From the NCBI RefSeq assembly GCF_001194135.2, contig NC_068992.1:57658097-57722096 (forward strand): DNA of 64,000 nucleotides, read 5' to 3'. Position 1 is the first letter of the stretch. Each line of letters opens with the position of its first letter. The notes under the pieces were generated by a model, which was given only the letters and a program-made list of their open reading frames with translations, was not told the origin of the DNA and did no database searches. The translations under genes and the position numbers were made by a program. Origin of the DNA: Octopus bimaculoides (Eukaryota). Of this stretch, positions 39,984-53,782 are shown piece after piece.

Positions 39984-41298
39984 TAACAATAATAATAATG
40001 TATTAAGCTATTTGTATTTTTTCCTTCAGCAACATGTAATACAATCTCTATTTTTGCTGTATTGTTTATACAATGTCCTTGAATTTGTTTTAGCTGTCTA
40101 CTTTATAGACAATAGCAAAGATTTGTGCAACATTATTCCTTATATGAAACATAACCTTACTATAACCTAGCAGAAAGCAATAAGGGAGAAGCTCCAAAAG
40201 TGGTCAGTTGATCAGAAGAAATTAAGAGTGAGCTAGATTGCCATCAAATTGCATCCTGTTGCCTTTAAAAAGATAAACAAGGGAAGGATTCTCTTTCGTG
40301 TTCTACTACGTAATACAGGCTGTCTTTGAACAATTCCCGATAGCACCTCCCACTTGTTTCAGTCATGAGACTGCAACCGTACTAAGGCATGGCCTTGGAG
40401 GGTTTAGTCAAACAAAGTGGCACCAGAACCCGTTTTTAAGTCTGGTACTCATTTTATCGGTCACTTTTGCCAAAATACTAAGTTATGGGAACATGAACAA
40501 AGGAACACCGGGTGTTAAACAATAAGGGCAGAACAAACATAAACAATATATGAAACACACACATACAACAGGCTTCTTTCAATTTCTATGAATTATATCC
40601 ACTCGTAAGGCTTTCGTCGACCCGTGACTATAGCAGACAACACTTGCCCAAGGTGAAATGCAGTGGGACTGAACCCAGGACCAAATGATTGGGTAGCAAG
40701 CTTCTTAACCACACAGCTATGCCTCTGGCTATTATCAGGCATGGTTCCAGATTCAGTTCCACTGCATGATGGTACACCATAACTTTGGGGTTTGACTGTT
40801 TGACTAAACCTTGCAAGGCGGTGCCCTAGCATGGCTGCAATCCAATGAGTGAAACAAGTAAGAGAAAAGAAATCAAACTGAAACACAAGAATTTATTTCA
40901 GAATTGTACTTATTTGGCAAGTGGTTTTGCAGTGGAATTATGTCAGTGTTTGTGCTGTAGGTGTACAACAAAACTTTGACATTTTACTACTGATAAATAC
41001 AACAAAGAGTGAGCATAAAGGTGTATGATGTATTTTTAAAGGCTTTCAGCAGCAAGTCGGATGGAGTTGTTCTTGTATTCTTTTACTATTAATAATAATA
41101 ATAATAATACTAATGTGTATATAGGGTTTTAATGAGTTTTGTAAGGCACTATGGTAATCTGAATCTGATAATTAGATTTCTAGAAAATTCAGCTACCTGG
41201 CAAGACTTGAGTCCCGGTTATATGGACAGAGAGGAGTTTAGAGACCACTCCTTACTCCAAGTCATTATTGTAGAATATAAGAATATAAGATAACTTAC

Positions 41299-41361
41299 CT
41301 TTCATTTTTTGCTTGAGAAACAATTCTAGATTTCTCCAACAAGTATTTCTCCACAATAGCA
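41299..41361 (-). CDS. Myo9: Myosin-IX-like exon: (G)AIVEKYLLEKSRIVSQAKNE-R; 63 nt, phase 2 to 2
   Basis: YLLEKSR myosin motif; tttgcag acceptor, AG|gtaagt donor. Confidence 0.95.
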
Positions 41362-41448
41362 CTGCAAATAAAATTAATGACAATTAATTTAACAAATCAT
41401 TACAGTAAAATATTGCAACCTATTAAAACAGATTTCTAACATAGGACA

Positions 41449-41505
41449 AACATGAGATCAGAACATGAGATCAGAACATGAGATCAGAACATGAGATCAG
41501 AACAT
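41449..41505. repeat. 13-bp tandem repeat (gaacatgagatca) x4
   Basis: Direct reading. Confidence 0.9.
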
Positions 41506-42099
41506 GGAAAGGAAACATTCAATGAGATCAAACGCCAAGTATTTAACTGGTATTTCACTGACACATGGAAAGAGGGGAGGTAGCTTCAATTCAACTCTGG
41601 CAGCATTTGAACTCAAAATGAAAAGGAATGTAATGAAACACCACAAGGTACTACATCAGAAACTTTACCATTATTACCACGTACCACCCTTCAAACATAT
41701 AATACTGAATGAATTAACCAGGCCCCTAACAATTATTGCACTCATTTTCCACATCTCAAAAGTGGTGAACATAGCCATTTACAATCCCCTTCGCCTTGAA
41801 TCTTTCTTCCTCCTTAATGTGCCAATTAAATTCATGTGTACTGACATGTAGACACTGAGCTGATTCCTTAAAATTGGCTGGAATTGTGCACTTTGTCACA
41901 TGAAACATGGGGAAATTCTGAACAATACCACTAGTGAAAATGAATTAATTTGATTTTCATGTCTCAAATGCACAGAACCAAGTATACTTGGCACCTGTGC
42001 AGTAAGGGTTAATGACCATCAGTACAGCTTTTGTAAGGTTGTATATTCTGGACAAATACTCGTCTATGTCACACTCAACAGGAAGATTTCATTCTCAAA

Positions 42100-42530
42100 A
42101 TCATTTGGTGGAATCAATGCTGCCCTCAACATCAGCAAGGCTTTCAAGTACATCTAACACATGAATCTCCTGGCAAATCTCACATACCTATGGACTATCT
42201 ATCACTCCGTCGCCCATCTCATGAATTAGTGGCTGTCTGTGAAATCAAACCTTGCTATTTGAGCTTATGGAACTCATTCGATCACTCACTCAATTTCTCC
42301 CCACCTCTCTCTGACCTGCGTTTTATCAACTCTGGTATCCCTTTGAACTTATGCAAATTTTGTCTCCTCCAACTGCAAAAAGACACAATCAATACACATA
42401 CCATGAAAACTATCATACTCCACAACACACAACTAGAACCCTCACAGTCACTACAGATGCAAGGTTTCACCTTCACTGAAAATCAACAGCCCTAGACCTC
42501 AATACTAACATCCTAACACACACACACTGT
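42100..42530 (+). mobile_element. Degenerate LINE reverse-transcriptase fragment
   Basis: AALNISKAFKYI*HMNLLANL (cf. VALDISKAFD.VWH..LL.KL), INSGIP (cf. INSGVPQG) and NTQLEPSQSLQMQGFTF; has stops and frameshifts. Confidence 0.6.
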
Positions 42531-43439
42531 AATAGCACAAAGGCAGGGGTGTGTTGCTAAGAAGCTCACTTTCCAAAGACATGGTTTTGAGTTCAGTTTC
42601 AGTGTCTTTTAATATAGCCCCAGGTTGACTAATCCCTTGTGAGTAAATGTGGTAGATGAAAACTATGAAGAAGCCTGTCATGTCTATAGAACTCTGTGTG
42701 TGTGTGTGTGTGACTGTTAGTCCACCCTACCATCACTACTGCTTGACAACCAGTGTTAATGTATTTACATCCCCATAACTTAGCAGTCCAACAAAATAAG
42801 ATCAATAGAGTAAGTAACCAAACTTTAAAAACAAGAAGACAAAAGCACTGGGCAGGGTGAGATGGGGAAGGGTTGGACGATCTATTCGACAAAACCCCCT
42901 TCAAGGCAGGGGCCTAAGTATGGCTGCAGCCCAATGACAGAAACAAATAAGAGACAAACAGATAAAAGATAATAAACAAAAACACATTAACAAGTGAACG
43001 GCTGAAGTAAAAACAGAACAAAAACAAATAGAAACAAAAGAAAAATGCAAAAAAAAAAAAACTTAGCAAAACTTAGCAAGCAACAACATCCTTGCTTGTC
43101 AGTTTAATTGTAAAACACACACGTTCTCATGGTGTTTTCCTGTAATTTCAAAGTTTATTCAAATAAGATGGTATCATCTCTTAGACATCTCTACTGCAAA
43201 CGATAGCTGCAGAAACGGTTAGATAACATCTGTTGAGTTGATAACAGCGGCAGATATACAAGCAATATTTGTCTAAGACTGTTTTCATTCATAATTACTT
43301 CCAAGTATGCACTGAAATGTTTAGAAAAACATATGGGAAAGGAACGTGGGGAATATTTCATAAACGATGGGGTCACGAGGGCAAAACAGTATGGCTAGGA
43401 GTGTCTTTGGGGCACGTTTGTCCCTACTGAAACTATAAA

Positions 43440-43690
43440 CCATCATACCAAAGTGGGTGCCTCTACATGTTTAGTCGACCTGCTATAAATAGCAACTAAG
43501 TCTTCCTCCAGCCACAACCTACCAACTGCAAAAAAAAACGCAATCACTGCACATACCAAGGAAACATCATCGCACTCCACACTCTTTGACATGAACAACA
43601 CACAACTAGAACCCTCACAGTCACTACAGATGCAAGGTTTCACCTTCACTGAAAATCAACAGCCCTAGACCTCAATACTAACATCCTAAC
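43440..43690 (+). mobile_element. Second fragment of the same LINE RT region
   Basis: Shares ccaactgcaaaa...caatc and the 206-bp block with 42373-42628. Confidence 0.55.
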
Positions 43691-43950
43691 ACACACACAC
43701 TGTAATAGCACACAGGCAGGGGTGTGTTGCTAAGAAGCTCACTTTCCAAAGACATGGTTTTGAGTTCAGTTTCAATGTCTTTTAATATAGCCCCAGGTTG
43801 AGTAAATATGGTAGGTGAAAACTATGAGGAAGCCTGTCATGTATGTAGAAGTATGGCTGTGTGGTTAAGAAGTTTGATTTGCAACCACGTGGTTTCAGGT
43901 TCAGTCCTTGGATGGACAAATGCTTCATGAGTGAATTTGGTAGACAGAAA

Positions 43951-44005
<55 letters not shown>

Positions 44006-44459
44006 CCTGTGTGAAACACCTCACCTTCACCACTTAATAACTGCTGTTGCTTTGTTTACATCCCCATAACTTAGCAGTTCAGCAACTGAGATTGATAGGA
44101 TAAGTACCTGACTTAACAAAAAATAGAAAGTATCTGGGGTGATTTCTTTGACCAACACCTTTCAAGGCAGTGACCCAGGATGGCCGTGGTAAATGAATGA
44201 AACAAGTAAAAAAGATTGGACAGTGTATTTTCAGATATGTAAAAAGACTTGATGGCCATGGCTGGAATGGATGGAATGCCTTAGGTGGGGGTCAACCAAT
44301 GTTGACCTGTGGTCAATAAAATGACATTCATCAATGATACTCAAGTTCTTAGTAAACAATAACTGTATATCACCAAGGAACCAGCAGACCTATGATCAAA
44401 GATTTTCCAGTCATGACCATCACATCTTTGTTTCGGCCAGTGTACAAAGGAGTATATTA

Positions 44460-45130
44460 ACCAATATAGTCATCTCTATTTAAGACAGTAGTGTGAGAAT
44501 CAAGGGGAATTTGGCTGTTATTTCTAACAGATCAAACAACCACAGAAGGTCGCAACTGGACAGGCATGGTCTGGGACACTCCAGACATGCCCACTAATAA
44601 AACATCATTATGACCACACTGTGGATCCCATAGCTCAGCTCAATGTAGCCTTCCTTTTTTTTTATGGCAGGAGGATGTGATTTAAGGGAGATTTGACTGT
44701 TATTTCTAACAAATCAAGCAAACACAGTGGGTCACTTAGTTCAATGCAGCCTTCTTTTAAGACAGCAGGATTTGATTTGAAGGAGGTTTAACTGCTATTT
44801 CTAACAGGTTGAGCAAATACATTGAGGATCCCTTGGTCCAATGTGGCCTTCCATTTTTATGATGAGAATGTGATTTGAGAGAGATTTGGCTGCTATTTCC
44901 AACTCATCAAGCAACCACACTGAAGGTCGCTTGGTTCAATGTGGCCTTCTTTTTTTTATGACAGGAGGGTGTGATTTGAGAGAGATTTGGCTACTATTTT
45001 TAAAAGATCAAGCAACCACAATAAAGCTCTGCTATCTGGCATGGCATGGGCCCCGCTTTTCAACACAGAAGGGCATGATTCAAGGGAGATTAGATTTTAC
45101 AAATATCAGCAGGTCAAGAGACCACTTAGA
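44460..45130. repeat. Diverged tandem array of a ~97-100-bp unit
   Basis: Units tcaatgtggccttc..tgtgatttgagggagatttggctgctatttctaaca..aagcaaccac repeated 4 times contiguously (44640-45025) plus flanking partial units. Confidence 0.75.
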
Positions 45131-46002
45131 AGTTCTGTCGCAGACTGAAGAGCATTTGCTGCTTTTTGGCCGTGGAAAATAATACAGTGCAGCAGTACTA
45201 CTGAAAGAACATGAACGGCGAAAAGATTCTTTGACCAACCAAACCTGACTCATCTAACCAACCGTTTTCGTCGCAGAACATACCAGTTTTCAGATATAAT
45301 CAACAGAGGAACTATTACAATTATCGCCACCATCACCCCACCCTCACCAACATCACCACTACCATTACCATCATCATCATCAAAGATATCATATTTGACT
45401 CTATGCTGTTTAGTTTCTAGTCATGCATTCTCAACAACACCTTACTTGGCTTCAAACTACTTCAACAGTCACTCAATCTCCTGAAATTAGCAGTGAGCTG
45501 TTCGTTAGTGACTAATGATACATAATTTATAAAGGAAACGGAATGAAATATTAAAAAAACAAAAAATTGGAGAAATTTTTTAAAATTTATTTAATGCCAT
45601 TTCAAAAAAGAGGAATGATAAAATCTTGGATGGAGAAAAAATAATAATTAAAGAAGGGTATATCAGCCGAAACGCGTTAACAACAAACAAGATGAGGACA
45701 AATATCCGTCAAATGTAAATAATGTAAATAATATACATAAATACACTGTGTTTGAAATAGAAGATTAGATAGTCATAACTAGAACACATTTGAGCAGAGG
45801 TCTGCCAGATCTGCACTAATCTGCGACTAAACAAGGATGCGACAAGATTTGGCATAAATATTAAGCCGTTGCAATTTTGTCCTAGGTCAGCCATGATCAA
45901 GTAACCTTTTGATCAATAGCATTCCTTCATCCCATCTTTTAGTGTATCTGGGCCCAATGTGGCCTTTTATTTTTCAGGAAGATAAAGATAAGGTGTTTTG
46001 AC

Positions 46003-46376
46003 AGATGGCCATGTGGTAAAAAAGCTTACTTCCCAACCACATGATTCCAGGTTCAGTCCCACTGTGTGGCACATTGAGTAAGTGTCTTCTACTACAGCCT
46101 CAGGCCAACCAAAGCTTTGTGAGTGGATTTGGGAGATAGAAACTGAAAGAAGTCCATCGTGTGTGTATGTGTCTTTGTACTCCCATCACTGCTTGACAAC
46201 CGGTGTTGGTGTGTTTACGTTCCCCAAAACTTGGCAGTTCAGCCTAAAATGACCGACAGAATAAGTAGTAGGCTTAATAAAAATAAAACCTAAGATCAAT
46301 TTGACTAAAATCCTCCAAGGCGGTGCTCCAGCATGGCCACAGTCAAATGACTGAAACAAGTAAAAGAGAGTAAAGA
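46003..46376 (+). mobile_element. Microsatellite-core SINE, near full length
   Basis: Same family; ends gactgaaacaagtaaaagagagtaaag. Confidence 0.78.
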
Positions 46377-46740
46377 AATACCTAGCAGGCTGAGTAGGCA
46401 CCTCCGTTGGCTTGTGTGTAAAAGTGGTTATTGTTGTTTAACTCCAGGCTGACCCATGATCAAAGAATTTCCAAATATGACCACCCAACTATATTTCGGG
46501 CATCGTACCTAGCATTATGTTCTTAGTGTATTCTTCTTCTTTTAAGACGGCATAGTATATGAGGGAGATTTGGCTGCTATTTCTAGCTGGTCTAATAACC
46601 GAATGACCATATGGCTGTTTTCTCATTGGCCAGAACCTAAGTGTTGTTCTTATGGTTCCTGCAATAGCACTCCTTTCTTCCTAGATGGGCGTTGTTCCAC
46701 AGGAAGTTCTTAACTCAACACTGTGCGACAGTAAAGCACC

Positions 46741-46792
<52 letters not shown>

Positions 46793-47714
46793 NNNNNNNN
46801 NNNNNNNNNNNNNNNNNNNNNNNNNNNNNNNNNNNNNNNNNNNAGTCTGATCTCAGGATTGTTAAAGTTTGAACCATTTCTGGTAACATGCGACAGCATT
46901 AAAAAAAAACAGAAAGTGGCACCGAGTTGCTGGACTCATATTATGAGTGCTTTTAGAAGTTGAAAGTGGTAAATATCAGGTTTACATAAATTTGGAATCT
47001 CCATTTAAGTTTGTAAATCATCATCATCATCATCATCGTCATTTTTAATATCCGCTTTTCCATTCTTGCATGGGTTGGATGGAATTTGTCCCAAGTGGAT
47101 TTACTATGGCTAGGTGCCCTTCCTGTTGCCAACCCTCATCTGTTTCCAAGAAAGGACTCATATTCCCCACACACACACACACGCACACACACACACAAAC
47201 ACATCTCATGACCAGACATGTTTTCACAGAAGATTGGAAATGAAGGACACTTCTTGCATAGCAATGGAACTTATCATGAGAATCAAAGCAAGGAGACAGC
47301 AACACACACACACACACACACACACACATGCATGTGTGTGTGTGTGTGCGTGCGTGTGTATCTTTTGTCTTTCACATGCTTCAGTCATTAGACTGTGGTC
47401 ATGCTGGAGCATTGGCTTAAAAATTTTCTAGTCACATGAATCTACCCTAGTGCTTATTCTTTTCTCTTTAAGACAGACATATCTAACCAAATCTTTATCG
47501 TATAAATAAATAAATATGATGATGATGATGATATACATATATATATATTTATGCTATATATATATTTATGCTGTATATATATAGTATAGTATAGATGGGC
47601 GACTGCTGGTCTTCCATAAACAACCTTGCCTGGACTTGTGCCCGGGAGGGTAACTTTCTAAGTGCAATCCCATGGTCAGTCATGACCGAAGGGGCTCTCA
47701 GCAGTACAGATAGT

Positions 47715-47935
47715 AGGAAGAGAGTTACATCTGGAAAGATACTGTCCGAAACACCCAGACTTGCTTGCCAAACAAGTCATCATCTGGCAACTGTTCCATA
47801 GGAGGACGACTGGGGGGGGGGGGACCTTCCAAAACCCATTGTCAAGACTCTTAAGAAGGACAGTGGTGTCATGTTTGATGCACTTAGGACAATGGTGATG
47901 ACGGAATGGGACTTATGATGAGTGTGTCTAGGTGG
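47715..47935 (+). mobile_element. RTE-like LINE 3' remnant
   Basis: Degenerate QVIIWQL..R...GGPSK..VKTLKKDSG....LRTM...EW resembles ILWQP.HG.R..GRP..T.VD.L..DTG; frameshifted. Confidence 0.5.
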
Positions 47936-49127
47936 TGCCCAGCATAAGTGCAAGGTTGTAGTTGAAAGTGATGATGACAAACGTGTAACCAGAGCACTTG
48001 ACATTCAGGAAAAGAATGCAGTAGACATAGGTGGCAGCGGCGACGGCAGTGACGAAGAGGGACATAGGAGAAAAAGGGAGAACTTGGGAGGGTGGAGAAG
48101 ATGGGGAAGAGGAGCAGGAGGAGAGGAAGAAGGGGAGGTAAGGGGTTGGGGGTTAAGGCAGAGGGGAGGAGAGGATGCCTCCAACGACGACTACAACAAC
48201 GAGATGAAGAGAAGGAGGATTAGGGCATCAGACAAAATGCGAAAAATTGAAAAGAGGAAGCATTCTTAGTAAAAAAAAAACCCCCATTACATTCTGAGTT
48301 CAAATACCATTGAANNNNNNNNNNNNNNNNNNNNNNNNNNNNNNNNNNNNNNNNNNNNNNNNNNNNNNNNNNNNNNNNNNNNNNNNNNNNNNNNNNNNNN
48401 NNNNNNNNNNNNNNNNNNNNNNNNNNNNNNNNNNNNNNNNNNNNNNNNNNNNNNNNNNNNNNNNNNNNNNNNNNNNNNNNNNNNNNNNNNNNNNNNNNNN
48501 NNNNNNNNNNNNNNNNNNNNNNNNNNNNNNNNNNNNNNNNNNNNNNNNNNNNNNNNNNNNNNNNNNNNNNNNNNNNNNNNNNNNNNNNNNNNNNNNNNNN
48601 NNNNNNNNNNNNNNNNNNNNNNNNNNNNNNNNNNNNNNNNNNNNNNNNNNNNNNNNNNNNNNNNNNNNNNNNNNNNNNNNNNNNNNNNNNNNNNNNNNNN
48701 NNNNNNNNNNNNNNNNNNNNNNNNNNNNNNNNNNNNNNNNNNNNNNNNNNNNNNNNNNNNNNNNNNNNNNNNNNNNNNNNNNNNNNNNNNNNNNNNNNNN
48801 NNNNNNNNNNNNNNNNNNNNNNNNNNNNNNNNNNNNNNNNNNNNNNNNNNNNNNNNNNNNNNNNNNNNNNNNNNNNNNNNNNNNNNNNNAAAACTTTTCA
48901 GATTAAAAAATTGAAGGTCGTTATCTTTATTCATCTAAATTGCAAGTAGTAAGTTACATATAATAACAACAACAACAACAACAACAACAGCAACATTAAT
49001 CCTTCCTACTGTAGGCACAAGGCCAGACGTTTGGGGGCAGAATTTGAAATCAAAACATGAGGATGGATATAATGCCACTAAGTATTTTGCATGGTGTATT
49101 AACAATTCCACCAGCTCGCCAACTTTC

Positions 49128-49162
<35 letters not shown>

Positions 49163-49389
49163 CCTTTCTATTATAGATACAAGATCTGAAACTGGGGGGG
49201 TGGGGACTAGTCAATTACACCAACCCCAGTGCGTAGCTGGTACTTACGTCATCAAATGAAATACCACTTAGCATTTCACCTGGCATGCTAGGGATTATGG
49301 CAGCTTGCTGCCCCTCCCCCCCTTTTTTTTCTTTAATGCTGCTCAGCATTTGTACAGCATGTTAATGATTCTGCCAGCTCACCAATAAC

Positions 49390-49453
<64 letters not shown>

Positions 49454-49524
49454 GTCAGGATATAACTACTCCAAAATCTCCTGCCTCACATAGTTTCCTG
49501 TGAACACACAGACACGCATGCGCG

Positions 49525-49556
<32 letters not shown>

Positions 49557-50074
49557 TGCACGCATACACAGAGGGTCTACTCTACACATCTTGACAATTA
49601 GTCAGTTTAGTATTTGTGATAACAATCCTTGAAATAGTCACTGCATTATAATTAGTCAGAGTAGAAGAGATAGGGGTAGCAGCCAGGCCAGCAGGTCATC
49701 TGGTCAGCCCCTTTCCTAAGTGGCTTAAATTCTATCAGTCACCATTATCGAAATCAGACATTCTTCTCCAAAATTTCAGATAAGCTACAACAACAACAAC
49801 AACAACAGTCGTAATTACTCTGGAACACTGTTAATTTCTGCTTCATTGTAATCTTTCTCTTTCTTCAAGCCAACATATAAGGAGCATCTATCTATATTAA
49901 GCATGGACAACCGTTTCCACAGAAGCAGGCCACGTGAGACATGCTTCATCATGGGGACAGGATGCACTACTAAACAAAAAATTCCAGATAATTTTTCATT
50001 CAGGATGCCTTTCAGAAGGTCCTCTGAGGCTGCAGGTTGTCTATGGATGATCTACATCAATGGTTCTCAACAGG

Positions 50075-50172
50075 GTCCACATGGCACTTGGGGCCCACAT
50101 GGTACTTGGAGCCCACATGGCACTTGGGGCCCACATGGCACTTGGGGCCCACATGGCACTTGGGGCCCACAT
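50075..50172. repeat. 18-bp minisatellite (ggcacttggggcccacat) about 5 copies
   Basis: Direct reading; source of spurious ORFs 49903..50241, 50041..50265 and 50060..50458. Confidence 0.9.
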
Positions 50173-50413
50173 TGGCCCCTGGGGTTTTACATGGCCCATA
50201 GGAGTCCACAAGATTTTATTGCTAAAATTTATCAGCAATAAATTACTTATACTTCTACAATACACAAATTATTTCAACAATTTTTTTTTTATCCNNNNNN
50301 NNNNNNNNNNNNNNNNNNNNNNNNNNNNNNNNNNNNNNNNNNNNNNNNNNNNNNNNNNNNNNNNNNNNNNNNNNNNNNNNNNNNNNNNNNNNNNNNNNNN
50401 NNNNNNNNNNNNN

Positions 50414-50795
50414 AGGCACAATGGCCCAATGGTTAGAGCAGCGGACTCGCGGTCATAGGATCATGGTTTCGATTCCCAAACCGGGCGTTGTGAGTGTTTA
50501 TTGAGCAAAAACACCTAAAAGCTCCACGAGGCTCCGGCAGGGGATGGTGGCGAACCCTGCTGTACTCTTTCACTACAACCTTCTCTCACTCTTACTTCCT
50601 GTTTCTGTCGTGCCTGTAATTCAAAAGGTCAGTCTTGTCACACTGTGTCACGCTGAATATCCCCGAGAACTACATTAAGGGTACACGTGTCTGTGGAGTG
50701 CTCAGCCACTTGCATATTAATTTCATGAGCAGGCTGTTCCGTTGATCAGATCAACTGGAACCCTCGACGTCGTAAGCGACAGAGTGCCAACAACA
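50414..50795 (+). mobile_element. tRNA-derived SINE (H1, tail A)
   Basis: Same sequence in the opposite orientation; 5' end abuts an N gap. Confidence 0.88.
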
Positions 50796-52729
50796 TGCTG
50801 ACATGAGTCAGATGGTTTGACTGAAACTGGTAAGCCGGAGAGCTGTACCAGGTTCCAGTCTGGATGCCTTTCCTAATGCCAACCACTCAACAGAGTGTAG
50901 TGGGTGCTTTTTACGTGTCACCAGCACAGGTGCCAGTTACGTGACACCAGCACCAGTCACAACTACAATTTCATTTGGTTTGACGGGCCTCCCCAAGCAC
51001 GACATATTGCCAAAGATCTCAGTCACTTATCATTGCCCCCATAAGGCCCAATGTTCAAAGATCATATGTGTATGATTTCTTAAACACTGAATGGCTAGGA
51101 AGGCCCTTCCGAGTAAAATAGGAATTGAAGGGGTCTATAGGTAAAAAAATGATTGAGAACCACTGATCGACATACTTGCTGAACCAGCTAAAAATAGCAG
51201 TCAAATCTCCTTAACCCTTTAGCATTCAGATTTCTTTGTCAAATGTATCACTTATTTATTCATGTTATTTGAAGTTAATCATGCAGCTTCAAGATTTCAA
51301 TGGTGTGTTTGTATATTTTAAGAATGGCACAGTAGGGTAGGTGTGACAGGCTGGATCTGGTCAGTTTTAACATAAATCAAGATTGAATATTTAGCTAAAT
51401 CACATTCTACTGCAGGCATGGGCTACCTTTTAGGAGAAGCAGGCCACATGAGACATGGTCCATCAGGTGAGCCACATTACTAGAAAAAAATTGAAGCAAT
51501 TTTTTGTTAAATCAGCAGTAGTTTGCATGTCCTGTTGGCAGTAGTTTGCCAAAGACAACCTTACTGTCTACAAAAATAAAATATGAAGGAGAATAAAGTA
51601 GTCCTAGATATACAAAAGAATGGATGGTCACAAGTAGACCACCTTGATTATACATTTGCTGTATTACAGTGCTGATCTGGAGTTAAACAAGAACAACAAT
51701 TTCTTACATTAGGAAAACAAAGTCACAATCAATTCAACAACAGTACTTTACTGGTACTCCTCTTAAAGACCTACCCAAAGGAATGCCAGAAATGGCAGGA
51801 TTTCCAACTAAGAATGTAGACTCACATCAAGAGGAAAATTTCATTTAGGAAATATTTTTTGCATTCAGCATTCTGTACATTTCTTGTTAACTTAATTATC
51901 TAAATTTATGCCACCGGTTCATTTAAGTCATTTTGCCCTTAGTAATTTCAATTTATTTTCAATTTTAAATATTAGTCACTTCCTTGGCTTTAATGATGAT
52001 GATGATGATGATGATGATCTTTTCTACTCTCGGCACAAGGCCCGAAATTTTTTGAGAGTGGGAGCAGTCAATTAGATTGACCCAGTACACAACTGGTACT
52101 TAATTTATCAACTCCAAAAGGATGAAATGGCAAAGTCGACCTCGACGGAATTTGAACTCAGAACGTAAAGACAGATGAAATACTGCTAAGCATTTCGCCC
52201 GGTGTACTAACGTTTCTGCCAGCTCACCTAGCCCTTAGAAGGATGCGAAATGAATTTGACCTTACTCAGAACTAATACCACAAGGCATTTTTGTCTGATA
52301 TTCAGCTAACAGTTTCAAGCTGATTAAATCAATCTCAATAAATAGCTAGGATTTAATTTGTAAATCCCAGAGATACAAAAGACAAAGATGAAACTGGCAG
52401 GATTTGAACTCAGAGAACAAAAGGACATAATTAAACACCCCATGGTATTTTGCTTGTCACTCTACTGTTTATACCAATTCACCACATCAAAACACATTAT
52501 CTGGTGCTCTACCGATTCTAGCAATCCACTAACATCAGTTTCAAATTCTAGGAGAAAGCCAGCAATTTTGGGGGGAGGGGCACATCAGTTACATCAACCC
52601 CAGTGATCAACTGGTACTTATCTCATCAACCCCGAAAGGATGAAAGATAAAATCGATCTCGGCAGAATTTGAACTCAGAACATAAAGATGCATACATATA
52701 TATATATATGTATATATATATGATGATGA

Positions 52730-52775
<46 letters not shown>

Positions 52776-53639
52776 NNNNNNNNNNNNNNNNNNNNNNNNN
52801 NNNNNNNNNNNNNNNNNNNNNNNNNNNNNNNNNNNNNNNNNNNNNNNNNNNNNNNNNNNNNNNNNNNNNNNNNNNNNNNNNNNNNNNNNNNNNNNNNNNN
52901 NNNNNNNNNNNNNNNNNNNNNNNNNNNNNNNNNNNNNNNNNNNNNNNNNNNNNNNNNNNNNNNNNNNNNNNNNNNNNNNNNNNNNNNNNNNNNNNNNNNN
53001 NNNNNNNNNNNNNNNNNNNNNNNNNNNNNNNNNNNNNNNNNNNNNNNNNNNNNNNNNNNNNNNNNNNNNNNNNNNNNNNNNNNNNNNNNNNNNNNNNNNN
53101 NNNNNNNNNNNNNNNNNNNNNNNNNNNNNNNNNNNNNNNNNNNNNNNNNNNNNNNNNNNNNNNNNNNNNNNNNNNNNNNTAATTGCCACAAAACAAAACT
53201 AATAACATATTTAGAACACAGTCACAAGGTCACACGAAAAGTGAGTTGGTGGGGGTTAGGGGTGAAAAGGTAGCATTTAGCAGATGGCAGCAGAACCCCC
53301 CCCTCCACTTCTTCACTGGTACTTAACTACATGAACCCTGAAAGGATTAGAAGAAATGTCAAGGTCAACCTTGGCAGGGCTTTTTAAGTCATGATATACC
53401 CATCTGCTTACCTTTTACTGGCTTCAGTCATTGGATAGCAGCCATGCTAGGGCACTGCTTCAGAGGGTGCAGCTGAAGAAATCGACTCCAGGACTCCATC
53501 TTTTTTAAGGCCTGGTACTAGTTGTAGTTTCTTTTACCAAAGCACTAAGTTACAGGGAGATAAACAAACCAACAACATTTGCCAAGCAATGGGGGTGGGG
53601 GGGGACATACACAGACACAAACAAACATACACACATACA

Positions 53640-53782
53640 TGTTGTTGGCACTCCGTCGCTTACGACGTCGAGGGTTCCAGCTGATCTGATCAACAGAACA
53701 GCCAGCTCGTGAAATTAACGTGCAAGTGGCTGAGCACTCCACAGACACGTATACCCTTAACGTAGTTCTCGGGGATATTCAG
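53640..53782 (-). mobile_element. 5'-truncated SINE tail A fragment
   Basis: gttgttggcactccgtcgcttacgacgtcg...ggggatattcag identical to tail A. Confidence 0.8.

Larger units (their letters stand above)
50058..51165. mobile_element. hAT (Charlie-like) non-autonomous element carrying nested insertions
   Basis: TIRs caatggttctcaa / ttgagaaccactg; 8-bp TSD atctacat / atcgacat (7/8 match). Confidence 0.7.
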
